From Stutzerimonas stutzeri (lineage in GTDB: Bacteria; Pseudomonadota; Gammaproteobacteria; Pseudomonadales; Pseudomonadaceae): DNA of 64,000 nt. The DNA lies in the NCBI GenBank assembly GCA_002339675.1, contig DDKB01000019.1, positions 28,876-92,875 of the forward strand, written 5' to 3'. Position 1 is the first letter of the stretch. Each line of letters begins with the position of its first letter. Below the pieces are notes generated by a model that ran no database searches, was not told the DNA's origin, and saw only the letters and a program-made list of their open reading frames with translations. Positions 19,568-28,697 of this stretch are shown in pieces. The position numbers and the translations under genes are program-made.

Positions 19568-19747
19568 GGCCGATTCTGTTGAAAAAGTCCCTCTGCAATG
19601 TCCGCATTCGAAAGTAGGCCTCTGACATCTGAAGCAGTTCCGCTCCCGATCAGCTTCAGATTTCGCGCAGCAACGTCAAAATCGTGCGTATCTTGAACGC
19701 TCGAAAGGTGGCTCCAGCCTAGACCGCCTTTTTCAACAGAATCGGCC
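19568..19747. mobile_element. 180-bp MITE sharing terminal inverted repeats with the IS1182 element
   Basis: GGCCGATTCTGTTGAAAAA ... TTTTTCAACAGAATCGGCC with no internal ORF. Confidence 0.85.
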
Positions 19748-20029
19748 GGATACGGCCAGTCACGAGATTGTGAGGATCTGCTTTATAACCGGTCTGGTTG
19801 TATTAGCTGTCCGCAGTTCTGAGATGGAGAACAATCATATCCACCCTGACCCGTGCATCAGGCATGCCTACCACCGCCTGCAGATGATGGAGCACCTAGA
19901 CGATTTCAAGCCGGCAGATTGTAAACGCACACGCGAGTGAGGCCCCATTTCGGTTGAGTGAACCTTACCTAGCCTCCTTCATCGTAATCTGTTTGTGAGC
20001 ATCGAATGGACAGCTTTATGCGTCTGCTG

Positions 20030-20048
20030 CTACCTTATTCAGAGGTAG
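20030..20048. promoter_or_regulatory. Candidate TA autorepression operator
   Basis: CTACCT-N7-AGGTAG inverted repeat about 25 nt upstream of the RHH antitoxin start. Confidence 0.4.
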
Positions 20049-20073
20049 TACCTATAGATAAAGAGGGCTAACC

Positions 20074-20346
20074 ATGGCCACATCCATCAAAATTGATGAC
20101 GAGCTAAAAGGCCGCATTCAGCAGTTGGCGAGCCAACGCCAACGCTCGTCTCACTGGATCATGCGCGAGGCGATAACCCAGTACGTCGAGCGCGAGGAGG
20201 CCCGAGAGAGCTTCAAGCAGGAAGCGTTGGCCTCGTGGGCGGCGTATCAGGAAACCGGACGGCATTTAACCAGCCAAGAAGCTCGGACCTGGCTTGGTAC
20301 CTGGGGTACAGATGCTGAGGTAGAGCTTCCCAAGTGCCACGATTGA
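20074..20346 (+). CDS. Ribbon-helix-helix (CopG-like) antitoxin
   Basis: MATSIKIDDELKGRIQQLASQRQRSSHWIMREAI; overlaps toxin start. Confidence 0.85.
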   Translation: MATSIKIDDELKGRIQQLASQRQRSSHWIMREAITQYVEREEARESFKQEALASWAAYQETGRHLTSQEARTWLGTWGTDAEVELPKCHD

Positions 20347-20627
20347 TTGTCACTGAAGGTGCGGGGAAGGGCTTGGAGCGTTGCCGACGGTTCCTTGCCG
20401 ATAAAGATCCGCTGGTTGCGCGGCGCGCTGCGCAGGCGATTGAGCGCCAGTTAGCTCGCCTGGAAGAAAGTCCGGAAGTAGGGCGTCCGTTTCCAGATCT
20501 ACCGCAGCTGCGTGAGCTGATTATAGAGTTTGGTGACTCAGGGTACGTCGCTCTCTACCGCTATGAGCGCATAGACGATACTGCGTATGTCTTGGCCTTT
20601 CGCCATCAAAAGGAAGCGGGTTACTGA
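20334..20627 (+). CDS. RelE/ParE family toxin
   Basis: 97 aa; PEVGRP...LRELIIEFGDSGYVALYR...VLAFRHQKE. Confidence 0.85.
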   Translation: MPRLIVTEGAGKGLERCRRFLADKDPLVARRAAQAIERQLARLEESPEVGRPFPDLPQLRELIIEFGDSGYVALYRYERIDDTAYVLAFRHQKEAGY

Positions 20628-22024
20628 GTTTGATCTACTGCGCCTGTAGTGAGAATCGACTCCAGCTTCTCTCCCAATAATCGCCATGCTTCGGTCTTTT
20701 CCTTAGCGTAATCGTGGTGCAGGTAATGCCGGCGTACCTTGGAGCCGCCCAGCAAGTGGTTCTGGCAGCGGTCGATGATTTCCAGTGTCACACCCAGCTC
20801 CTGCATCATGGTGGCCCCGGTGCGGCGCAGGTCATGCGGCGTCCATTCCCCTTTGGCTCCTTTGCTAAGCACCAGTGAGTCATCATGATGCCGGCCGGCC
20901 AGGGGCTTGCTGCGGTTCTTGAAGCGGCACTGCCGATCGCCGATGAGCTTGCTGACCGTCTTGGTATCGACATGGCTTTGGCTGTCCTTGCTGGGAAAGC
21001 AGAACGGCGTATGGCCGGTTTCTTTTTGCAAACGCTTGAACTGCTCTATGGCGAAAGCTGATAGGAACACATGGTGATCCTGGCGTTTGCCTTTATGGCC
21101 TTTGGTAGCCTCGGCGGGAATGAACCAGGCGCCTTTCTTCAGGTCCAGGTAGCGCCACTCGGCCTTAAGCAGCTCGCCGATACGACAGAGAGTGCTCAGG
21201 CAGATCCACAGAGCGCACTGGACTCGCGTGTTGACCGGGCGAATGCCGGAATACTTCTGGCCAGCGGGAAGCTCTTCGTAGTCTTTCTCTAGGCATTCGA
21301 GGATGTCACGCAGCTCGCGAATCTCGTCGGGGGAGAGCAGGCGGTCGCGTTGTTCTTCATAATCGTGATCGAGCAGCTTGCTGACATCTATAAGGTCGGC
21401 TGGATTGCCGTCAGTCATCAGGCCTCGCCAGGGTTTGCGTTTCTCACCCCAGCGCAGCATCTGGCCAATGTCGTTGTTGCGGATAACGACGGTGCGGTTC
21501 AGGCCACGGGCTTTGATTGAGCGCAGCACCGCGAGCAGATCCTTTTCGGTCAGGTTGCGTAGTGGTTTCTTGCCAATCAGCGGTAGGACATCTTTCTTGA
21601 AGCTGCGGATCAGTTCGGCATTGCCATCCTGGCGGGAGACGCCGTCGCGAATCCATTCGTCGAAGAGGTCCGCCACCGTCTTGTTTTCGGCCGCTTGGCG
21701 TTCGGCTTCGGCGATGGTCGCTGCGACTGCAGCTTGAGCTTCGATCTTGGCGGCTTTGCGAGCAGCGGTTGGATCGATGCCTTTTGCGGCCGTCGCTCTA
21801 ACCTCATCACGTTCGGCACGAATCTGAGCAAGAGACTTCTTTGGCCAGCTGCCCAGGCTTTGATCGCGTTTCAGTCCGTCTTGTTTGAATTCGTAGCGAA
21901 ACTGCACTGTTACACCACGGACGCCTGCGCGAACCCTGGCAACCAGGCCGCCGTCCTCCCGAAGGATTCTGCCGTCATCGGCAGAAGTAAGGGCGTCTAG
22001 CTGCTTCGCCGTTAACTTTGCCAC
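20621..22024 (-). CDS. P4-like tyrosine integrase with N-terminal arm-binding domain
   Basis: MAKLT...DGGL...LGSWPKKSLAQIR arm domain; catalytic CRIGEL, HDLRRT, NH, HY. Confidence 0.92.
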   Translation of the reverse strand: MAKLTAKQLDALTSADDGRILREDGGLVARVRAGVRGVTVQFRYEFKQDGLKRDQSLGSWPKKSLAQIRAERDEVRATAAKGIDPTAARKAAKIEAQAAVAATIAEAERQAAENKTVADLFDEWIRDGVSRQDGNAELIRSFKKDVLPLIGKKPLRNLTEKDLLAVLRSIKARGLNRTVVIRNNDIGQMLRWGEKRKPWRGLMTDGNPADLIDVSKLLDHDYEEQRDRLLSPDEIRELRDILECLEKDYEELPAGQKYSGIRPVNTRVQCALWICLSTLCRIGELLKAEWRYLDLKKGAWFIPAEATKGHKGKRQDHHVFLSAFAIEQFKRLQKETGHTPFCFPSKDSQSHVDTKTVSKLIGDRQCRFKNRSKPLAGRHHDDSLVLSKGAKGEWTPHDLRRTGATMMQELGVTLEIIDRCQNHLLGGSKVRRHYLHHDYAKEKTEAWRLLGEKLESILTTGAVDQTQ

Positions 22025-22058
22025 TCTCTACCCCTTGCCTGATTTGGTTGCCTTAGAA

Positions 22059-22080
22059 TTTTACCCCACTTTTACCCCAC
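22059..22080. repeat. Tandem 11-bp direct repeat, probable integrase arm-type sites
   Basis: TTTTACCCCAC x2 between the integrase start and the att core. Confidence 0.6.
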
Positions 22081-22211
22081 CTAATCGCTTGGCTGGTGGT
22101 GGATAGCATTGGACGCTATGGGACGACAGAATAGCCTGTAAGACCCGTATTTTCTAGGATTCGTGAGTCCATAAGAGTCCATGTGGATCTACAGTAATCC
22201 ACCAAAAAAGC

Positions 22212-22258
22212 GCATGGGGTGCAAGGGGTCGAGTGTTCGAATCACTCCGTCCCGACCA
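22212..22258 (+). other. att site: 3' fragment of tRNA-Pro(GGG)
   Basis: GCATGGGGTGCAAGGGGTCGAGTGTTCGAATCACTCCGTCCCGACCA has the anticodon loop, T-arm (GTTCGAAT) and CCA, but lacks the 5' acceptor strand and D-arm. Confidence 0.88.
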
Positions 22259-22274
22259 AATAACTCCACGACTT

Positions 22275-22304
22275 AGGCCAGTTCAGAGATGAGCTGGCCT
22301 TTTT
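22275..22304 (+). terminator. Rho-independent terminator after the tRNA fragment
   Basis: AGGCCAGTTC-N6-GAGCTGGCCT followed by TTTT. Confidence 0.65.
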
Positions 22305-22331
22305 CGTTTCAGGGACTTTTGCGGGACTTTT

Positions 22332-22840
22332 TCATCCTGCCTTCCTCCTCAGTATCGTCAGCGCCGGTCCTCTCGAATCTGTTGCCGATATCTTGTCGGC
22401 CTCATCGATCAGTTTGCCCAGCTCCGCGGCCGAGTAATGGCTGGTGATGCTGCCGTTCTTGTGGCCCAAAAGGACCTTCCTGTCTTCCTGCGTCACGCCA
22501 GCGGCGCGAAGCCTGCGACCGAGCGTGTGCTTCAGATCATGCACGCGGATCGACGCAAACCCGCCGGTGCCGTTCGCTTGAAGCGCTGCCTGTACACCGC
22601 AGCCGCCCGTTTCCTTGCCTTGCGCCACGCAGAGTCGTTCATGCGCTGCATCGGGGCGGCGTTGCTATCCCTATCGGGCTCACCATAGGGAAACACCCAT
22701 AACGGGCCCAACCCTCGCAGCCCCTCGATCGCCGACTCGGCCGGTTCAGCACGATCAGGCGCGCAATTATTGACTCCTGCGTACAAATGTCGCCCGCCGG
22801 ATGGCCGGGATGAGTAAAACGATGGTTCCGAGGGCGTCAC
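22332..22840 (-). pseudogene. Decayed phage-type tyrosine integrase (C-terminal remnant)
   Basis: Pieces in several frames: LGTIVLLIPA, RLIVLNR, WVFPY...MNDSAWRKAR, RVHDLKHTLGRRLRAAGV...LLGH...ITSHYS. Confidence 0.8.
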
Positions 22841-23350
22841 GCAGGTGACGAAGCGGCGTTCAAAACACAGGGGAGTCCAGACTGGCGAGCGATCTGCAAC
22901 CTATTCCCACGCCATTACCGATCCAGCGACGCTGTCCGAGCGTCTCCGTGAGGCCGCGCATAAGTTCAGGGATTACCCGATCTGCTGTCCGGTTTACCCG
23001 CGGAGGTGTGCCAGGCCCAGGCATCCGTTTGAACGGCCTGGACACGCGTCCGATCAGCGGTCGTCCCAGTTCAAGGCCCCGTCCGCGGACTGCGGTGTTA
23101 TCGGATTTGTCCGTGGGCAGCTGATCCCAAGCATTGAGTGACGCGGCTGATACGTTTGCCTTGTTGGAGGCCAGACGGGCAACGAACCCACCCGGCCGGC
23201 TCTGGAAGACGTACCGGCTGGAGCGGTTTTTCTGGCCTATAGCCTTCATCCTATTTGCTTGTGCCCGGAAAATCAGTCGATTAGGATTCGCGCCCGGGTG
23301 TTGGGCGCCCGTCGGGCGTGGCGATTGTTAGCCCCCGTCGAATGATTGCT

Positions 23351-23381
23351 AAGGCCCGGTTCGGTGACGACCGGGCTTTTT
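23351..23381 (+). terminator. Terminator-like hairpin upstream of mtnA
   Basis: GCCCGGT-N9-ACCGGGC followed by TTTTT. Confidence 0.55.
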
Positions 23382-23458
23382 CATGCGCCGGTTCACCGTT
23401 TGCTGAGCATCGCTTCAACCCGGCAGCCCGGCTCCGTCAACGACTAGAGAGGATGTCC

Positions 23459-24535
23459 ATGCGCGAACGCTTGTTGGCCGCGGAAAAAGTGAAGGCTATC
23501 GAGTGGAAGGGCGGGCAACTGCATTTGCTCGATCAGCGCAAGCTGCCCCTGGAGACGCTTTGGCACGGCTATGATTCGGCGGCCGAGGTGGCTGCCGCCA
23601 TTCGCGACATGATCGTGCGTGGCGCTCCGGCCATTGGCATCAGCGCCGCCTATGGGCTGGTGCTGGGCCTCAGAGCGCGGCTTGCCGAAGGCGGTGACTG
23701 GCGTGCTGCGCTGGAGGCTGACTTTGCCCTGCTGGCCGATTCGCGGCCAACCGCAGTGAATCTTTTCTGGGCGCTGAACCAGATGCGCGAGCGGCTCGAC
23801 CGGCTGAAGCCGGGCGAGGATCCACTGGCTGCCGCTGAGGCCCAGGCCGCGTCCATTCACGCCAGCGACCGGGAAGCCAACCTGACCATGGCGCAGTTCG
23901 GCGTCGACCTGATTCGCAAGCACCAGGGCAATCCGCAGAACCTGCTGACTCACTGCAACACGGGCGCGCTCGCTACCGGTGGCTTCGGTACTGCGCTGGG
24001 GGTGATTCGGGCGGCCCATCTGGAGGGGCTGGTCGAGTGCGTCTATGCCGACGAAACCCGGCCCTGGCTGCAGGGTTCGCGTCTCACCGCGTGGGAGCTG
24101 GCCGGCGAAGGGATCCCGGTCACGCTGAACGCCGACTCGGCGGCCGCGCACCTGATGAAGATGCGTGGCGTCACCTGGGTGATTGTCGGCGCGGACCGGA
24201 TCACCGCCAACGGTGACGTGGCTAACAAGATCGGCACCTACCAGCTCGCCGTACTCGCCATGCACCACGGCGTGCGCTTCATGGTGGTGGCGCCAAGCTC
24301 GACCATCGACATGGAGCTGGAATCCGGCGAGGACATCCCGATCGAGGAGCGCGCCGGTCACGAGCTGCTGGAGGTCAACGGGCAGCGGTTCGCCGCCGAT
24401 GTCGAGGCATTCAACCCGGTGTTCGATGTGACGCCCGCCGACCTGATCGATGCCATCGTGACCGAGAAAGGCGTGGTGGAGCGACCTAACGCGGCGAAGC
24501 TCGCGGCGTTGATGAGCCGCAAGCGGCTGCACTGA
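23459..24535 (+). CDS. mtnA: Methylthioribose-1-phosphate isomerase
   Basis: MRERLLAAE start with [46 protein letters not shown]. Confidence 0.95.
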   Translation: MRERLLAAEKVKAIEWKGGQLHLLDQRKLPLETLWHGYDSAAEVAAAIRDMIVRGAPAIGISAAYGLVLGLRARLAEGGDWRAALEADFALLADSRPTAVNLFWALNQMRERLDRLKPGEDPLAAAEAQAASIHASDREANLTMAQFGVDLIRKHQGNPQNLLTHCNTGALATGGFGTALGVIRAAHLEGLVECVYADETRPWLQGSRLTAWELAGEGIPVTLNADSAAAHLMKMRGVTWVIVGADRITANGDVANKIGTYQLAVLAMHHGVRFMVVAPSSTIDMELESGEDIPIEERAGHELLEVNGQRFAADVEAFNPVFDVTPADLIDAIVTEKGVVERPNAAKLAALMSRKRLH

Positions 24536-24705
24536 TGGGCTCAGGAATCGTTCGAGATGCCCCGGCTGGGCGCGTTGCCGGCCCCGGGCGACGGCGCCCT
24601 GTCGAACGCTTTCTTCGTCAAGCCTGCGGCCTCCGGCGGGCAGCCTTGTGATACCATTCCGCGCTTAATCGCAGGACCCTGCTGACTATAAGGAACCAGG
24701 CTTCC

Positions 24706-27513
24706 ATGGGCGAACTGGCCAAAGAAATCCTCCCGGTCAATATCGAAGACGAACTCAAGCAGTCCTATCTCGACTACGCCATGAGCGTCATCGTCGGTCG
24801 TGCGCTGCCGGATGCGCGCGACGGATTGAAGCCGGTGCATCGCCGTGTGCTTTTTGCCATGAGCGAACTGGGCAACGACTGGAACAAGCCGTACAAGAAA
24901 TCGGCCCGTGTGGTCGGTGACGTCATCGGTAAATACCACCCGCACGGCGATTCGGCGGTCTACGACACCATTGTGCGGATGGCGCAGCCATTCTCGTTGC
25001 GCTACCTGCTGGTCGACGGCCAGGGCAACTTCGGCTCGGTCGACGGGGACAGCGCTGCCGCGATGCGCTACACCGAAGTGCGGATGGCCAAGCTGGCCCA
25101 CGAGCTGCTGGCCGACCTGCACAAGGAAACCGTCGACTGGGTGCCCAACTACGATGGCACCGAACAGATCCCGGCGGTCATGCCGACCAAGATCCCCAAC
25201 CTGTTGGTCAACGGCTCCAGCGGTATTGCGGTGGGCATGGCGACCAACATTCCGCCGCACAACCTGGGAGAGGTGATCGACGGCTGCCTGGCGCTTATCC
25301 AGAACCCTGACATCAGCATCGACGAGCTGATGCAGTTCATTCCTGGTCCCGACTTCCCCACCGCGGGGATCATCAACGGACGCGCCGGCATCGTCGAGGC
25401 GTACCGGACCGGACGGGGCCGCATCTACATGCGTGCCCGCTCGACCATTGAGGACATCGACAAGGTCGGCGGCCGGCAGCAGATCGTCATCACCGAGCTG
25501 CCGTACCAGTTGAACAAGGCGCGGCTGATCGAAAAGATCGCCGAGCTGGTCAAAGAGAAGAAGATCGAAGGCATTACCGAGCTGCGCGACGAGTCCGACA
25601 AGGACGGCATGCGCGTGGTCATCGAGCTGCGCCGTGGCGAGGTGCCGGAGGTGATCCTCAACAACCTCTACGCCCAGACCCAGCTGCAGAGCGTCTTTGG
25701 TATCAACGTCGTGGCACTGGTCGACGGCCAGCCGCGGACGATGAACCTCAAGGAGCTGCTCGAAGCCTTCGTTCGCCATCGCCGCGAAGTCGTCACTCGC
25801 CGGACGGTGTTCGAGCTGCGCAAGGCCCGCGAGCGTGGGCATATCCTCGAAGGCCAGGCGGTGGCGCTGTCGAACATCGATCCGGTGATTGCGCTGATCA
25901 AGGCGTCGCCGACGCCCGCCGAAGCCAAGGAAGCGCTGATCGCGAAAGCCTGGGAATCCACTGCGGTGGAGGCCATGGTCGAGCGTGCCGGGGCCGACGC
26001 CTGCCGTCCGGAAGACCTTGATCCGCAGTACGGCCTGCGTGACGGCCGCTATTACCTGTCGCCGGAACAGGCCCAGGCCATTCTGGACCTGCGACTGCAC
26101 CGCCTGACTGGCCTCGAGCATGAAAAGCTGCTCAGCGAATACAAGGAAATCCTCGACCAGATCGGCGAGCTGATCCGCATCCTCACCAATCCCGTGCGCT
26201 TGATGGAAGTGATCTGCGAGGAACTGGAGGGCGTCAAGGCCGAATTCGGTGACGCCCGCCGCACCGAGATCCTCGATGCGCGCCTGGACCTGACCCTGGC
26301 CGACCTGATCACCGAAGAAGAGCGCGTCGTGACCATTTCCCATGGTGGCTACGCCAAGTCCCAGCCGCTGGCAGCCTACCAGGCGCAGCGCAGGGGCGGC
26401 CGCGGCAAGGCCGCCACCGGGGTGAAGGAAGAGGACTACGTCGAGCACCTGCTGGTGGCCAACAGCCACACCACGCTGCTGTTGTTCTCAAGCAAGGGCA
26501 AGGTCTACTGGCTGAAGACCTACGAGATCCCGGAAGCGTCGCGCACCTCGCGCGGGCGTCCGCTGGTCAACCTGCTGCCGCTGTCCGAAGGCGAACACAT
26601 CACCGCGATGCTGCAGGTCGATATCGAAGCCGCCCGTCAGCAGCAGGCGGCGGGTGACGAGGATATCGAAGACGCCGAGATCATTGGCGAAGTCGACGAC
26701 GTCGACGAATCAGTCGAGGGCGACGAGGCCGACGAATCGGTCGATGAACCCACTGGCACCTACATCTTCATGGCCACCGCCAAGGGCACCGTGAAGAAGA
26801 CCCCGCTGTCGCAGTTCAGCCGCCCTCGCAGTGTCGGCCTCATCGCGCTGAGCCTGGAGGAGGGCGACACCCTGATCGCCGCGGCGGTGACCGATGGCGC
26901 ACGTGAGGTCATGCTGTTCTCCGATGGCGGCAAGGTGATTCGCTTCAAGGAAAAGCACGTGCGGACCATGGGCCGTACGGCTCGCGGCGTGCGCGGCATG
27001 CGCCTGCCCGAAGGCCAGCGGCTGATCTCCATGCTGATCCCTGAGCCGAGTGCGCAGATCCTCACCGCCAGCCTCAACGGCTATGGCAAGCGCACCGTGC
27101 TGGAAGAGTTTCCCCGCCGCGGTCGTGGCGGCCAGGGTGTCATTGCCATGGTGACCAACGACCGCAACGGCCGGCTGGTCGGCGCTGTGCAGGTGCAGCC
27201 GGGCGAGGAGATCATGCTGATTTCGGACCAGGGCACCCTGGTGCGCACGCGCGTCGACGAGGTTTCGTCGCTGGGTCGCAATACCCAGGGCGTCACCCTG
27301 ATCAAGCTTGGCAAGAACGAGCACCTGGTCGGGCTCGAGCGGGTCCAGGAGCCGTCCGAAGAAGACGTGCTCGACGACATCGAGGCGGTGATCGACGAGG
27401 ACGCGCTGGAGAAGGAGATGCCGGTTATCAGCACCGAGCCGAGCGAGGATGAGTTGCTCGGGGGTGGTGGCGACGTGTCTCCGGACGTGGTGCCCACCGA
27501 CGACGACAACTGA
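24706..27513 (+). CDS. gyrA: DNA gyrase subunit A
   Basis: [31 protein letters not shown], GyrA box QRRGGRG. Confidence 0.99.
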   Translation: MGELAKEILPVNIEDELKQSYLDYAMSVIVGRALPDARDGLKPVHRRVLFAMSELGNDWNKPYKKSARVVGDVIGKYHPHGDSAVYDTIVRMAQPFSLRYLLVDGQGNFGSVDGDSAAAMRYTEVRMAKLAHELLADLHKETVDWVPNYDGTEQIPAVMPTKIPNLLVNGSSGIAVGMATNIPPHNLGEVIDGCLALIQNPDISIDELMQFIPGPDFPTAGIINGRAGIVEAYRTGRGRIYMRARSTIEDIDKVGGRQQIVITELPYQLNKARLIEKIAELVKEKKIEGITELRDESDKDGMRVVIELRRGEVPEVILNNLYAQTQLQSVFGINVVALVDGQPRTMNLKELLEAFVRHRREVVTRRTVFELRKARERGHILEGQAVALSNIDPVIALIKASPTPAEAKEALIAKAWESTAVEAMVERAGADACRPEDLDPQYGLRDGRYYLSPEQAQAILDLRLHRLTGLEHEKLLSEYKEILDQIGELIRILTNPVRLMEVICEELEGVKAEFGDARRTEILDARLDLTLADLITEEERVVTISHGGYAKSQPLAAYQAQRRGGRGKAATGVKEEDYVEHLLVANSHTTLLLFSSKGKVYWLKTYEIPEASRTSRGRPLVNLLPLSEGEHITAMLQVDIEAARQQQAAGDEDIEDAEIIGEVDDVDESVEGDEADESVDEPTGTYIFMATAKGTVKKTPLSQFSRPRSVGLIALSLEEGDTLIAAAVTDGAREVMLFSDGGKVIRFKEKHVRTMGRTARGVRGMRLPEGQRLISMLIPEPSAQILTASLNGYGKRTVLEEFPRRGRGGQGVIAMVTNDRNGRLVGAVQVQPGEEIMLISDQGTLVRTRVDEVSSLGRNTQGVTLIKLGKNEHLVGLERVQEPSEEDVLDDIEAVIDEDALEKEMPVISTEPSEDELLGGGGDVSPDVVPTDDDN

Positions 27514-27611
27514 TCGAGCGGCGGCGCAGGTCTCAGGCCTCGCCGCCGTTTCATTGTTGTCGCTGCGGTGGGGGAGCAGGCAAGGTATCGACCGTTTTTG
27601 AGAGAACAGAG

Positions 27612-28697
27612 ATGAGCAAACGCGCGTTTAATTTCTGCGCCGGCCCAGCCGCGCTTCCCGAAGCTGTCCTGCAGCGTGCCCAGGCCGAACTTCTCGATTG
27701 GCAGGGGCGTGGCCTGTCGGTGATGGAAATGAGCCATCGCAGCGACGACTACATGGCCATCGCCGAAAAGGCCGAACGCGACCTGCGCGAGCTACTGAGC
27801 ATCCCGTCCAACTACAAGGTGCTGTTCCTGCAGGGCGGAGCGAGCCAGCAGTTCGCCGAGATACCGCTCAACCTGTTGCCCGAAGATGGTGTGGCCGACT
27901 ACATCGACACTGGTATCTGGTCGCGCAAGAGCATTGACGAGGCTAGTCGGTTCGGTCAGGTTAACGTCGCTGCCAGCGCCAAGGCTTATGACTACTTTGC
28001 GATTCCCGGGCAGAACGAGTGGAATCTACGCGCCGATGCGGCGTATTTGCACTACGCCAGCAACGAAACCATTGGCGGCCTGCAGTTCGACTGGGTTCCC
28101 GAGCTGGGCGACACGCCGCTGGTGGTCGATATGTCCTCTGACATCCTTTCTCGCCCGCTGGACGTGTCGCGCTTCGGCCTGATCTACGCCGGCGCTCAGA
28201 AGAACATCGGCCCGTCCGGTCTGGTGGTGGTGATCGTCCGCGAAGACCTGCTCGGCCGTGCGCGCTCGAGCTGCCCAACCATGCTCAACTACAAGATCGC
28301 CGCCGACAACGGCTCGATGTACAACACCCCGGCGACCTTCTCCTGGTACCTCTCCGGGCTCGTCTTCGAATGGTTGAAGGAGCAGGGTGGTGTCGAGGCG
28401 ATGGAGCGCGTCAACCGGGCCAAGAAAGACCTGCTGTACGGCGTGATCGATGCCAGCGACTTCTATTCCAACCCGATCGCGAGCAATGCCCGCTCCTGGA
28501 TGAACGTGCCGTTCCGCCTCGCCGACGAGCAGCTGGACAAGGCGTTCCTTGCTGGTGCCGACGCACGCGGACTGCTCAACCTCAAGGGCCATCGCTCGGT
28601 GGGCGGCATGCGTGCCTCCATCTATAACGCCGTGGGCCTGGATGCGGTCGAAGCCCTGGTCGCCTACATGCGCGAGTTCGAGAAGGAGCACGGCTGA
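27612..28697 (+). CDS. serC: Phosphoserine aminotransferase
   Basis: FNFCAGPAALP, EMSHRS, YAGAQKNIGP, GHRSVGGMRAS. Confidence 0.97.
   Translation: MSKRAFNFCAGPAALPEAVLQRAQAELLDWQGRGLSVMEMSHRSDDYMAIAEKAERDLRELLSIPSNYKVLFLQGGASQQFAEIPLNLLPEDGVADYIDTGIWSRKSIDEASRFGQVNVAASAKAYDYFAIPGQNEWNLRADAAYLHYASNETIGGLQFDWVPELGDTPLVVDMSSDILSRPLDVSRFGLIYAGAQKNIGPSGLVVVIVREDLLGRARSSCPTMLNYKIAADNGSMYNTPATFSWYLSGLVFEWLKEQGGVEAMERVNRAKKDLLYGVIDASDFYSNPIASNARSWMNVPFRLADEQLDKAFLAGADARGLLNLKGHRSVGGMRASIYNAVGLDAVEALVAYMREFEKEHG

Larger units (their letters stand above)
1..22258. mobile_element. Integrative defence island (right part; left end outside window) inserted at tRNA-Pro(GGG)
   Basis: P4-like integrase next to a 3' tRNA fragment; visibly lower GC than the core genes after 23.4 kb; dense defence genes, IS, MITE and TA. 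Confidence 0.9.

Noticed and set aside
22180..22258. Complete tRNA-Pro gene
   Set aside because: 5' acceptor strand and D-arm are absent; it is an att duplication
22845..23331. Short ORFs between the integrase remnant and mtnA
   Set aside because: No motifs, atypical composition, mutually overlapping
24952..24966. gyrA quinolone-resistance substitution
   Set aside because: Ser83 and Asp87 are susceptible-type residues
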